Below are positions 50,620-63,676 of a stretch of 64,000 nt of DNA, piece after piece. Origin of the DNA: Octopus sinensis (taxonomy: Eukaryota); the NCBI RefSeq assembly GCF_006345805.1, contig NC_043008.1, forward strand, positions 10,478,001-10,542,000, given 5' to 3'. A model generated the notes under the pieces. It saw nothing but the letters and a program-made list of their open reading frames with translations. It searched no databases and was not told where the DNA came from. The stretch's first letter is position 1, and each line of letters begins with the position of its first letter. The translations under genes and the position numbers were made by a program.

Positions 50620-52260
50620 TGGATTTAGTTCTGGTAATTCCATCTCACAAACATACGGATCAACTTGGTGCAATAAAACTTTACCAGGGGATGTAAGCCA
50701 AGCTGGTAATGTGTTACTATTGGCAGAACACTCTTAAAACCAAAATGTCCTTCATAAGTTATAACTGTACTGAGTAAAGAACTTACTGAGTGAGGATAAT
50801 GTATCAGAAAATACTGCCTCTCAATAAGAAACAGGGTAACTGTATATTAGGAGAGATAATCTAATAGCTTACTGGATAATTCCATAGTATCCTTCAATGA
50901 AACCATTGCCACATGGGTTGTAAGGGATAGTTTTGTATTTGATGATTCCTTGTTTATTCAAATGATCTTTACATCCTTTGTAAGCAATGATGACCTAAAA
51001 TGATAGGAATGTATCCTGCAGTGGTATTCAATGTTAAAATTTGATATAGACATTTTATAGCAGTTTAAAAACTCATCTCTATATATACAAACGCAAAATG
51101 TCTGTGTGTGTGTGTATCCTTTATAGAAATCCACAATTTTTCAGTTAGAAGGCTCGCACTTTCTATGGTCATTCAAAACCATCCAAGGGTGGTCGTGCAC
51201 ATCTTTACATTTCCCCAGTTACCCCGCAAAGCCATTAAAAAATCAGCAGAAGTGACATTTTTGTGAATTTTCTATCCAAAACCCAATCAAAACGCCTGAA
51301 ACTTGATATGCCAATTGAATGCCAGCTAGCTGCATGTGATTGGTCAGAGATTTGGACAGTACTCGCGTGTATGTGTGCACGCACGCAGCTGTATATGCAT
51401 GCACTAGTATTTGAATAAGATATTGCAAATAAAAAAAGGAAAGTGTAGGAGTTCTTCAATGGCTTCAAAGAGATATTTATTGTGAGTGAGTATTGATACC
51501 AATGTCACTAAAGTTACTCCATAGGATGAGTAGACTTGATAAGTGTACCTTGTAGTGAATGAAATAACTGAAGCTTAAAACTGGTGCACAGACAGCAAGA
51601 CAAATAGGTCCTTTAACACCCTCAGAAGAGAAAGATGAATTTTCAGATTGCACAAAATGAAGCATTTTTGTTATTTCTGGACATAATGGCCCTTTGTGTG
51701 TTTCAGATAATGTAAATGGTAAAATAAATGCTCAGAAGTTACATGTCAGTGCACAACATTTTTTTTTCTGTTTTGTTTTGTTTTTCTGGGATGGTAATTA
51801 ATGGTGCCAGAAAAAGATGGAAGCTGAAAATGATATTCCAATATCTTGTTATTTCCATTATCCACCTGTTGATCAGTGATGAGAGTAAAATGGCTTTCAG
51901 CAATTGGATTTCTTTCTCTGCTCATGAATAGTGTAAGCAACAGGTTTGTCTTCTTGTCTTAGAGTAGTTGAAACATCAGCATCATCAGCGCCGTTCAAGA
52001 ATTTGGACCTGGAGATCTCCATTTCCTGCAAGAATGAAAGTTGAAGTTTCATCAATAGCTACAAGGGGGATGGTTGTAATTACTTTTCATAAGTATTAAA
52101 GGTTATTAAGTGCTTTTGAGGATATTACTGTGTTTCTGATAAGAATATGATTTTATTAGAATTTATGGATCCATTTTGCATAATATGCAAGTTTACCCAG
52201 TTCTGCACAGCATCTTAAGATATGAGATATCAGCCAAGTATTTTGACAATCCTCTATCAA
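50620..52260 (-). mobile_element. Decayed Gypsy pol (RT end, RNase H, integrase)
   Basis: LVAIDETSTF, ADVSTTLRQEDKPVAY, HFTLITDQQ, GIIKYKTIPYNPCGNGFIE on -. Confidence 0.75.
51076..51407 (+). mobile_element. Non-autonomous Helitron nested in the Gypsy remnant
   Basis: A|TCtctatatatac...CTAG|T; hairpin unclear. Confidence 0.6.
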
Positions 52261-52274
52261 ATAATAGATTTGGA

Positions 52275-52674
52275 GGATCTTTTCGGTTTGAACGGCAGTT
52301 TTTTCTAGCGGTGTCATATGAAATTGTCACCCATAATTATGACCCTAGTATCGATCTATTGCATTTCAATCTGTTTAAGGGTTAGGGTTAGGGGTGGAGG
52401 AAGGGTATCTTGTAAATAAACCCAATCTGTTTCTTAAACAAGGGACATATTCATACGGCACAGAATGTTTTCACCTCAATAGACGTCATTGATTGGTTGA
52501 AATTGCAGAAATTGAAGAAAAAAACAACAAATATCTTACAAACTATAGAATTTTCTCAATAAAGCCAAGAGAAAAAAATGTTTTATAAACACATTCTACC
52601 AGTATACAAAGTTTTAAAGTGTTTAGTTACATGGAAATTATTTTCAAAAACTGCCGTTCAAACTGAAAAGATCC
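52275..52674. mobile_element. 400-bp MITE with 29-bp TIRs and 8-bp TSD
   Basis: TIR ggatcttttcggtttgaacggcagttttt (one mismatch); TSD gatttgga at 52267-74 and 52675-82. Confidence 0.92.
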
Positions 52675-53240
52675 GATTTGGAGTCATTCAGTCTTCAGTT
52701 TTAGGTTTTACATACATTTCTAAACTTAGTGGCCTAAATTATTGCTATCTGGGGAGAAAAGGGTGACTAATGGTTCACAAGGCTGCTGCTCTGGAGAAGA
52801 AATATTAGGCCTAGAGTTAGTTGAAGGCTTGGGATGTATGATATATTGATTGATTTGAGAGGAAGAAAGACAAAGTACATAGAATATATTTAACTGGGAT
52901 ACAGTGTTACTGAAGAAGTAATTCTAGCTTTAATGATATTGTCTGGACATTTAATATGATGATGTGTTTGAAATACTTCCATTAGAGATGGAAACATATT
53001 GGGCAAAACTTGTCACCATTAGCTTATTATATAGTACATTTAGGTAAAGAATACAAACTTTACAAATTCTCGATTCCTGAATTCAATAATTATATATGTT
53101 TATTCTCTGTTAAAGGGAAGATAGAATATAAAAGTGTACATAAAAAAACGAAGAGCAAAGTGGTAATTGAACACGCATTTCTTTGTGATACTCTGAATTC
53201 TTTCTGTTTATAATTACATTCACATGCATTATATAAAGAA

Positions 53241-53626
53241 CTAGCAGTATCGCCCGGCGTTGCTCGGGTTTGTAAGGGAAATAACTATATAAGCATTTTT
53301 AGAGAGTTATAGCAAAAAAATGCATTAAAAATGGAAAAAAAATTATGGTAAATTTTTTCTTAAATCGTTGACTCATCGTAGATATTTTTAGAGAGTTACT
53401 TCCCTTATATAATAGCGAAAAAATGCATTAAAATGGAAAAAAATTATGGTAATTTTTTTTTTAATCATAGACTCATCGTAGACGCGCGCTAATACCCAGA
53501 AGGGCTCGATATGAATCACGACTACAAGATACCCGGTTTTGGTTAAACTGCACCGCAAAATGTGGGAGTAGTTAGGAATCTAAATCGTAGGAGACAGACA
53601 CACAACTTCACTTTTATATATAAAGA
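53241..53626 (-). mobile_element. Non-autonomous Helitron
   Basis: Same termini and hairpin as 43830-44224. Confidence 0.9.
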
Positions 53627-54193
53627 TATGCAAACTGCGTTAAAGGGCTGAGGGATTTACTCGGGAGAATCCCAACATATACGCGTATTAACGATAAAAT
53701 AATAGTACTTAAAGAGATGTATACCTCAGGGTGGGACAGGAGAGAGTTTATTCTTTGTTGCTGATCACCTCAAAATCTGAATATATTTTACTGCTCTAAT
53801 CTTTAGATTAACACGGGGCTTTAAATGAGAGTGGAATGAAACTGGCCACCAAAGTTTGCCTCACCTGGATGCTTATGTAAGAAACGGGAGAGTAATTTCA
53901 TACTAGTTCGAACGCAACGGTGAATCACACACTTATATTCGAAGGGATGTAAAATGAAACAAAAAAAAAACCCCAACAATATGAATCAAAATATTGCGGA
54001 TTGTTTATTTCTGAATAGCTTTCTGCGTGTGTCTAACTTAATCGGGACAATAAAGAAATAAAGTGAGAGAAAAAACGTGTAACCCGTTTCACAGAATGTG
54101 TGATAGAAATTGCGTACTGTGTTTATCTGTCGACGATCAGAGAGTTGACGAAAATAAAACTAAAGAATTCTCCTCATACATACATACATATAT

Positions 54194-54268
<75 letters not shown>

Positions 54269-54305
54269 ATATATATATAAATAAAAGTATCGCATTCTAG
54301 TCTGT

Positions 54306-54377
54306 TATAAAATATGATGGGAAGGGAGAGGGGATCTCGAGTCGATACGACTGATTGGGTCTGCGGTTATTAACCAG
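54306..54377 (+). promoter_or_regulatory. TATA box (54306-54312) and putative non-coding first exon
   Basis: TATAAAA followed by a CpG-rich stretch ending in CAG|GTAAGT at 54378. Confidence 0.5.
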
Positions 54378-54632
54378 GTAAGTAAGCTGTAGCAACGAGA
54401 AATGACCAGAGTAGCAATAGCACTCACACCTCCACCGACACCACAACCACTACTACTACGACTACTACTACGGCTACTACGGCTACAAATATCATTTAGA
54501 GTAGCAGTGGAGTATAGCGGCCAGTAGCAGCTTTACTGCTGCAGGAAAACAATACATGTTAGGAGTACAGCCAGACAACAGGCATTTTATTACATTCTCC
54601 TTTTAAGAAAAAAAAAAAAAACTGTTTCTCAG

Positions 54633-54704
54633 GGACTTTGACGACAGTGAAGGAAAAAACAAAAAGAGAGAGAGGCACATATCAGATATTCTACTGCTGA
54701 ACAG
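54633..54704 (+). other. Putative 5' exon, 72 nt, no ATG
   Basis: ctgtttctcag acceptor, CAG|GTAGTG donor. Confidence 0.35.
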
Positions 54705-55486
54705 GTAGTGGTTTTTACCTTTAATTAGACGTTTATACATTTTTTTTTTGTTTGAGAATTATATTTCTTTCAATTGATCAATTTAATTCAGTTGGCTGTA
54801 ATTTTAAATGAAGATTGCTTTATTTCTTACCATCATTCCTTTTTTTTTTTTTTAATGGAAATAACTATTGCTATAAGATTCTGTAAAGAGCAGTTTATAG
54901 AATTCATTTTGCTCACCTGTTGAATGCTTATGCAACTTTGCATGTATGTATTTAAGAGAGAGAGAGAGAGGAGAGAGAGGCTGTGGTGAAGACGTCATTT
55001 TTAAAACCCTGTAGCTTTCTAGATTGCCCAAAGATTATTATTGAAGAATACTCGATTTATTTATTAATGCAGTAATAAAAGATCACCATTCTTTATCTTG
55101 ATTGTTATCTAGATTGGGAAACAATAAAAGTACAATATTGATGGTGATGAAGATGATGATGATGTTGATGGGGGATGGGAATGAGATTTGGAAAGTAGCT
55201 GGGTCCTGTAAGAAGATCTAATTATATTGTGAATTGTGAAAATAATTTTTAAAGTGTCGAGCATTGATTGAAACAACAATTCATAATAACGAATGTTTCT
55301 TAAATACTGATTGACCTGTTCGATGTATTTATAATGAAACATTTTCTGGTCCGATCACCTTCTTCAGTCCATTCCACTTTGGGACGTTACATACATGATC
55401 ATATAAACACACACACACACACATACACACACGTGTGCGCTTATGTATATATACACGTAATCACTCGCATGCGCCTTCTCTTTCTG

Positions 55487-55522
<36 letters not shown>

Positions 55523-55586
55523 CATCCATAAAATTGTATCGATGATGAATTACAATGAAAACTTCCTGTTCGGGATTTTAAATTGA

Positions 55587-55617
<31 letters not shown>

Positions 55618-58600
55618 TAGTACACGGAAGACGATGATGGATGATGTTTCTGGTTCTGATTACTCTTCAGGTGTCGGTTCATATTTCTTTTGATGTGTGT
55701 TGTGTGTATATAAAAGAATTGAATTGTGCAGCTGTAATTTACTACTGAGTCAACTGTTGTTTGTTGTCAACTAGTTTCATTATTAATGTGTAGGAATTAT
55801 TTTTCGATTTTAAAGAGGACCTTTTTAATGTTCTCTTATGCTGATTTTTACTTGTACACGCTTTCTCCCTGTAAATCAGATGTTGGTCAACCAACCTCTT
55901 TTACACACACACACACAAATACATACACACACACGCACCTATCTACCTATGTGGATGCGAACAAACATTCTCTGTATCATAATCATTTGTTTAATTTCTA
56001 ATGAAAGCGTCGGATATAATATGTTCCAAGACAAGTGAAAACGGAAACAAATGGATTACAGCATCCCTCTTTTAATTCCGGATCGGCTCAAATTTCATCC
56101 CAACGAGGTCGGATGATACTTCTTCCGAAAGGAAATTGGCACTGTGCTTTGTTAGAGAGAAAAACGTTGTTGCAATTTATTTGACTCTAGGAAATGAAAG
56201 AAAACTAAAAAAAAAAAACCAGTTTTACACACGAATGAAACCCAGTTGAAACCATACATCAAATTCGTTAAACTTAAAGTCGTATAAGAGTGGAAGTTGT
56301 GACGTTAATGTCCTAAAATAGAGCACAACCGGTAAAAAACATCTACAAGTGGGTTAGAAACTGTGTTAACGGACTCGATTTGCGGGTAGCTTCCATCTAA
56401 TAGCCGACCCACATTTAAAGGATCTACAAACCTTACATGCTCCTTTCCCTCCCTCTTTCGTCTCCCACTTCTACAATCTGGTTTTCCTATCCCACCTTTC
56501 ACGCTCCGGAGAATAATTTGTAACGGGTTTGAAGTGGTCTCTTTGATGTCCGCCTGTTGCTATGGGCCGTGATATTATAGCATTGCAGTAAATTTCGTTG
56601 TGATTCGTTACTTTTCATGTATTTTTCGCTTTCAACAATTTCGGTCCTTTCACAAATGGGTGGAGGAAGAATATATACTGTTGTCCTCCTAATTAAATGG
56701 AAAGCCTCGATCAGCTGAACACTTTAAACTGTGGGACGATTACCATAATCATTAACCCACAAATGCTGCGTGACATAAAAACAAATTATTTCCATTCAAT
56801 GGAAGTATGCAAATTTTGCAGGTCCTTCGGTGCTATTGAGAGAGAGAAAGAAAAAGAGAGAGAGAGAGAGAGAGAGGGGGAGAGAGAAAGAGAAGGAGAG
56901 AGAGAGTGTAAATACATATAGGTAACCCTTCAAAACTTCAGTAGCCTGTGTTGAAAGGGAAATAACTCCCTTCAGGCTTTCTATATATTATGTCAACAAT
57001 TAAGGTTTTAAGCTTTAGAAAATACCAGTTTAATATGGGACAAACGGTTTTATTCCACGTTGCCTTTCTCTTTCTACAATATGCAGATAGGAAAGAAAAC
57101 AAATGTTAATTTCTTTATTACTGAGTAAATAAGCATATATATGTGTGTAAGTATATGCATGGTTGAAAAGTTCGCATATTCTCATGTTCCCGGTTCGATC
57201 CCATCATACGGCTATTTAACTTCGGATTGATGGATGAAGTCTTGTGTTTGAAATTTGGTAGATAGAACTTGTGGTGTGTGATTAAACTAAAATGTGCTGT
57301 ATAGTTGCGTGTGTGTCCATCTGTGTTATAACAGCTGGTATGTGTTTAAGTGTCCCAACTTATATTCCTCTAGTAGAGCACTGAAAATATTTTACACTAT
57401 CTTACTTGGAGGTTATTAAAATTCATAGGTACATAAAGTAACTGCTTCATTCCTGCTCGATCTATATACTAATCACTCGTAAACTCAACTACTACTCTAC
57501 ATTGTCTAGCTTAAATGATTAAGTGTCGTAAGTTCAACAACGGCTGACATAGTGAATAATTACCAAAACTTCTAGATGCCCAACGAAGTAAATATTCTAC
57601 CTTGCCTTCAAGTAGTGTATTAAGGCTCATTCTTCCCGTTTATTTCATTCACATAAACATAACAACACCGACTATATGTTGGATCGTTGTGCACACCAAA
57701 TTATTAAAAATCTCGCGTAAATTAGCTAAAATTATTTTATATAACTTCGGCTGTAAGACAACTATACTTACTTTTATGTGTGTATGTATCTAAAAGGATG
57801 TTAGTAAAGGACTGTCAAACAAAATCAGTGTTGCAAATGTACTTTGTGGTATTTTAGTCTGAGTTACATCCCTTTCTACCTACATGAGGTGATTAGAATA
57901 AATACCTGTTGTAGTACTGAGGTCGAGATATTGAATAAAAACGTTGAAGTCGGTGCTTGAGTATGGCCAACGTGCGAAGGCTGAAACCAGTGAAAGAATA
58001 TTTTATGTGTATGTAGATTCTCTGCTTAAATTTGGTTTGGTATTTTTTACTACAAAACTGACTTGGTGACAAAAGTAAAAGAGAAACTGAGGGGGGCTAA
58101 GTATAGATAGATACGTGAGATTTTTCCATTCCTTCTTACAGCTGTTCATTCTTCAAACCAGAGGGATTCATCATCATCATCGTTTAACGTCCGTTTTCCG
58201 TGCTAGTATGGGTTGGACGGTTCGATCGGGGTCTGGGAAACCAGGAGGCTGCACCAGGCTACTGGCTACAAACAGTGACTGAATCTCTGTCAAATTAAAC
58301 TTACTGACTTATAAAGGAATGACACAATGCAACCCTAGTTACAATTTCGTAAAAGAAGACAGCGTAGCCACAGCTGTTATGCATTTGATCATAGGTATGT
58401 TTCATCAGGATTGACTTGAGGTAAAATAGCAATTGCTCATTCTTTAAAATACCTTAAATATTACAATCATTTACCATTCTTATTATAGCAAAGATTGTAG
58501 AAAATGGTATTAATTCATTTCTTAAAGAATCTTTGTTGAATGCTTCTTTATTCCAGATGTAATTGTTATATTGACTGTCAATTATTACAATAAAATAAAA

Positions 58601-58871
58601 TTTCAAACTTTAATGCTGCCCTTATAAAATTTTCATTACTCACCCTTAGATGACAACTTTTCTCAATTCTGGTGAAACAAAATATCAAAGTTTCGTTTTT
58701 GGATTTAGTTAGCAAGATTCTTTATGTGAGTTCGTGTGTTGAAGCATATTTTGTTGTGTCTGGGGAGAATCATTCTCTTTTGGTTCCTTATACTTTAACA
58801 TTGCATAACATGTGCTTATATATGATAGTGGCTGATCTTGGATATATTTCTAATAATTTACCAATATTGAA

Positions 58872-59085
58872 GTGGTGAGCTGGCAGAGTTGTTAGCATAC
58901 TGGGTAAAATGCTTACCAGTGTTTCACCTGTCTTTATGTTTTGAGTTCAAATTCCATGGAGGTCAAATTCCTTTTCGTCCTTACAGAGGCAATAAAACAG
59001 GTACCAGTTAAATATAGGGATAGATGTAATTGACTTGCTCCCTCCTCACAAATTTCTGGCCTTGTGCCAAAATTTGAAACCAATA
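58872..59085 (+). mobile_element. Diverged family B SINE
   Basis: Head and central domain recognisable. Confidence 0.75.
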
Positions 59086-59399
59086 TTCTACCATTATTCT
59101 TGTCTTCATTAGTTTCAAGACCTATGTCTAAAACTGTAGTCTAGGTTTTTCTACTTCATTTTATTTCAAAGTATCCAGGGAAGCACATAAAATGACTATA
59201 GTGTGTTTTTTCATGTGTGAGTTCTTTAGATCTTTGGTTTGTGTATATGTATGTGTGTATCTGTATACATAAGTATGAGTGCGAATACACACACACACAC
59301 ACACTAATTATGACATGGTTCAATACCTTGGTCTCCAAGAATTTCTCTCATCAGTGACCACTATTACAGCTTCCACAGACCCAAGTCTACTGGAGATCC

Positions 59400-60855
59400 A
59401 TTCTCTTATGTCACTCATCAGTTAGTTCTCATGATAGAAAAGTTTGATGAAAACAAAGTTGTTGCCCTACACATAAGCAAAATCTTTGACTGTATTTGGC
59501 ATGCAAATCTGCTTTCAAAACTTCCCATACATGAACCCCTACCCATTTCTCATATCATTGAATCAGTACTTCCTATATAATTGCACCATATCATGGCATG
59601 TGTTGACAGTTTCTTCTATCCAACTCTGGTGTTCTTTGAAGTTTGGTTTCAACCCCTGAACTCTTCCTTCTATACATCAATGACCTACTTACCACTAAGT
59701 ACAACAAATGTCCACTCTTATGCAAATGACACAACACTTCATTCTTTCCTTCATTTCCCCCAACCAGCATCACCCACTTAAAGCTTTGAAACCACACACC
59801 AAACTTGCATAGATTCCACAACTGGAAACCCTGAGAATGCCCTCCAGTAGGACCATGCCAACCTTATTTCTTTCAACAGGAAAAAAACACAAAAAGCAGA
59901 AATCAAAAGAGCTAATGCAGTATTCATCAAGAAAACACCACTGTACTACATCCCCATTAAACATGAGCAGCACTCATCTTATATTTCCCACAGTCACTCC
60001 AAATGTTGGACCTCACTTTCAGTAACAAAATCTCTATCATAGCTAGAATCATCATCATCATCATTTAACATCCGTTTTCCTTGCTAGCATGGGTTGGACG
60101 GTTTGACCGGGGTCTGGGAAGCCAGGAGGCTGCACCAGGCTCCAGTCTGATCTGGCAAGGTTTCTACGGCTGGATGCCCTTCCTAACGCCAACCACTCCG
60201 TGAGTGTAGTGGGTGCTTTTTACGTGCCACCGGCACGGGGGCCAGGCGAGGCTGGCAACGGCCATGATCGGATGGTGCTTTTTACGTGCCACTGGCACTG
60301 AAGCCAGTCAAGGTGGTGCTGGCATCGGCCACGTTTGGATGGTGCAATTGGCACTTCACTTTAGGGCCAGAAAATAAACACCCAATAGCTGCTAACATTC
60401 AACAAACCTCAAGTGTGACCCAAAATGTAGTACTGCTCCAACATCTGCAACAGAGCTGCTACTATGCATGGAAACACCCTTTACCACATCCAGAAAAGAG
60501 TTACTTGATTAATTAAAATTCAGTCACAGCCTCTGACCCAGTGGCCTGCTGTCTCCCCGCTCTCTCTCTCTCTGTCTTTGAGCTGGCTGGTCTCCTACCT
60601 CCAACACACAGGCATGCCTTATCTATTTGTCTTTCCATCTCTCATCATTCTTGATAACTCCAATCCCATAATCCTTGTGCTGCCCATTATGTCCAGGTCT
60701 TTCTTGCCAGAACATTGGCCATTGGGAATCTCCTCTTTGTTCATGTCTTTACTGCAAGTGTTGAAACATTTGTAACCAAACTTTAATAGCATCAAGCTTG
60801 CCAGTTACGGAGGACCTGCAAAGGTTGTGAGGAGTTCTCTTTCCTTCAGACAATT
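59400..60855 (+). mobile_element. Decayed LINE RT and 3' end (CR1/Jockey-like), interrupted by a family C copy
   Basis: WHANLLSKLP and VHSYANDTTL (YADD relic). Confidence 0.7.
60048..60350 (-). mobile_element. Young family C copy
   Basis: CpG-intact core. Confidence 0.9.
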
Positions 60856-61187
60856 AAAAAAAAAAGTCAAGCTTACAAACACACACATGTATCAATACAC
60901 ACATACACATTATGTGTTTGCTAATTGTAAATTAAAAAAAAAATTGCTTTTACTTGGTAGGCCTGTAGGAAAAGGCATTGCTCATTACATTTGCTGATGC
61001 TATGAGACTCATGATCTTGATGCCATTAATCAGTTCTATTTAAAACTATTTGAACTAAAACCTGCTAGGAAAGTGTGAGCAGCGATGCAATATTATAGGG
61101 ACAAAGGATTTCATAGGGAAATTGAAATGTGCATACACCTGCTTCCTAGTTTCTGACCATGTATGTACTGTATATAATTCTTTTACT

Positions 61188-61395
61188 ACCCACGAGGGGC
61201 TAAACACAGCGGGGACAAACGGATTAAGTCGATTACATCGACCCCAGTGTGTAATTGGTACTTAATTTATCGACTCTGAAAGGATGAAAGGCAAAGTTGA
61301 CCTCGGCGGAATTTGAACTCAGAACGCAGTGGCGGAAGAAAAACTGCAAAGCATTTCGCCGGGCGTGCTAACGTTTCTGCCAGCTCACTGCCTTT
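61188..61395 (-). mobile_element. Family B SINE
   Basis: Imperfect TSD ctgaccat..atgtactgtata. Confidence 0.88.
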
Positions 61396-61554
61396 CTGAC
61401 CATACATGTACTGTATAGATAAATTGCTTACATTCATTATAAGACATAGTATTGGCTAAAGGAAACAAAGCAAAAAAATAGACAGAGACATGGTATATAC
61501 TATATTATAGAATAGAATTATATATATATTTATAAATGTGTGTGTGTATATGAG

Positions 61555-61803
61555 CCTCGCCTGGCCTCCGTGCCGGTGGCATGTAAAAAGCACCATCCGA
61601 TCGTGGCTGTTTGCCAGCCTCGTCTGGCACGTAAAAAGCACCCACTACGCTCATGGAGTGGTTGGTGTTAGGAAGGGCATCCAGCCGTAGAAACCTTGCC
61701 AGATCAGACTGGGCCTGGTGCAGACTTCTGGCTTCCCAGACCCCAGTTGAACCGTCCAACCCATGCTAGCATGGAAAGCGGACGCTAAACAATGATGATG
61801 ATA
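61555..61803 (+). mobile_element. Family C copy
   Basis: Core plus (GAT)n tail. Confidence 0.9.
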
Positions 61804-61899
61804 TGTGTGTGTGTATGTAAATTTGTATGTACATGTACAACCATCATATATATTTGCATATATGTGTCTATATACATGTACACACATATTTTAGTGAGG

Positions 61900-62250
61900 C
61901 ATGTTTTCTCAATTACCAAATTCCTTACCACTTTCTCCCATGTCTTCCTTGGTCTTGTCTCAGAGGTTCCTTTCATTTGAGCTGCCTGGTATTTCTTTAC
62001 CCAACTGTCAACTTGCTCATGCTGTCCATATTGTTATTACCACATATTCTTGTCATTTGCACACTCCGTCTTTCTCATGCCTAATTTTTCTATCAACTGT
62101 GCTCCATCATGTATGCACACTGTTCTGCATTCAGTAGTGCCTGCTCATCTTATTTCTTTTTTGTCTTTGCACTTCTGCTGTCATTTCCAATATTTCATCA
62201 TTATCTAACTTGTATCTCGTACACAAAAACCCATACAACCTGTCCTTCTC
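61900..62250 (-). mobile_element. Decayed RTE LINE fragment
   Basis: ORF 61785-61976(-) has RPRKTWEKVV. Confidence 0.55.
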
Positions 62251-62286
62251 TCAGAGCAAGAATCTTAATGTCAGCAGAAGTTATAC

Positions 62287-62518
62287 TTATTTCTTTACTG
62301 CCCACAAGGGGCTACACACAGAAGGGACAAACAAGAACAGACAAAGCGATTAAGTCGATTACATCGATCCCAGTGCATAACTGGTACTTAATTTATCGAC
62401 CCCGAAAGGATGAAAGGCAAAGTCGACCTCAGCGGAATTTGAACTCAGAACATAGCGGCAGACGAAATACGGCTACGCATTTCACTCAGCGTGCTAACGA
62501 TTCTGCCAGCTCACCACA
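62287..62518 (-). mobile_element. Family B SINE
   Basis: TSD cagcagaagttatac at 62272-86 and 62531-45. Confidence 0.9.
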
Positions 62519-63513
62519 CAGAAGTTATACCAGCAGAAGTTATACCTTCCTGAACTTTGTCTATTCTGATATTACTTTGGCTGCTGTATTTCCAAAGTAT
62601 TTTCCTGCACTGCTAATTTGGTCACTTAGGTAATGGAAGCAATCAACTATTTGTAGGGAGCCTGGTGGGTATTGGACTTGAGTTTAAGTGTTGGGTGTTC
62701 TAACTGTAAGCTACATCTGCATATCTGCTACATGTAAGCTACACCTGCACATCTGCTACATGTCTGTGCCCCCACTGCTTCTCTGAGCCCATTGTTTACA
62801 TTGAGTATATGTTGTAGAATTCTACTTATTCCTTTTCAGCATATTGAATATAACTACTTTTGAGATGACAGCAGAGTCATATCTTTCCCCCTACAAACTG
62901 AATCTTTTGTCCTTATTAATTTAACTTCCGGGACATCTTGATTCTAGGCTTTGCTTTCACATTTGGAATTTTTAAAAGTCTTGAACAAATTCTGTTGTAA
63001 GAACTAGGTCATTGGTATACAAAAGTTCCAATGAACAACTGGTGTTAAATTCTTCCATTATGACCTGGAGAACTATAATAAACAGGAAGTGATGAAGAAA
63101 CAAGCCTAGTACCTATCTATCTGCATGCCAATTTTCTCAGTGAACTCATTACTAAGGCTCATCTTGCTGACAGCATCTCTGTATATAGCTTGCATGGTTC
63201 TCACAAGGCATTCTATGACTCATTTTCATAGAGTTGGCCAAACTACAAAGCTTAGCGCCCTATCAGAGTCCTTTTCCATATCAAAGAATGCTATATATAG
63301 TGGCTTCCTTGTATGTTTTATTTATATTCTTATAATATTAATGTAGGATATAGAATATATAGTAAGAAAGAAATGAAATGAAGTATTGAAAATTTAATAT
63401 TAAATGTCTATTCTCATTGAACTAGTATACTTTCTTGCATATAAGCACTCATCAGGTTCAGATTGTGACAGGAATGCTTCGTCTGTATATATATGTGTGT
63501 ATATATATATACA

Positions 63514-63633
63514 CTAGCAGTATAACCCGGCTTTGCCAGGGATTAAGTTAGGATTATTAAGCTAATCAAGTTCTTTGTTTCAAATCAAACTAAGTAATAT
63601 CGATGTCAAATTTGAGAGAAATCCATTGAAATT

Positions 63634-63640
<7 letters not shown>
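63514..63640 (-). mobile_element. Helitron 3' end (5' limit unresolved)
   Basis: a|ctagcagtataacccggctttgccaggg is CTAG plus hairpin on -. Confidence 0.65.

Positions 63641-63676
<36 letters not shown>

Larger units (their letters stand above)
53630..58100. promoter_or_regulatory. CpG-retaining, TE-poor region; probable promoter and first intron
   Basis: Visibly more CpG in unique sequence than in 1-53 kb (not quantified). Confidence 0.55.

Noticed and set aside
55633-55670. Possible start exon MMDDVSGSDYSS
   Set aside because: Weak donor GTGTCG and a (TG)n acceptor context; no downstream exon found
62109-62633. 174-aa ORF; likewise 1807-2169 and 39767-40291
   Set aside because: Read-through of SINE and LINE relics
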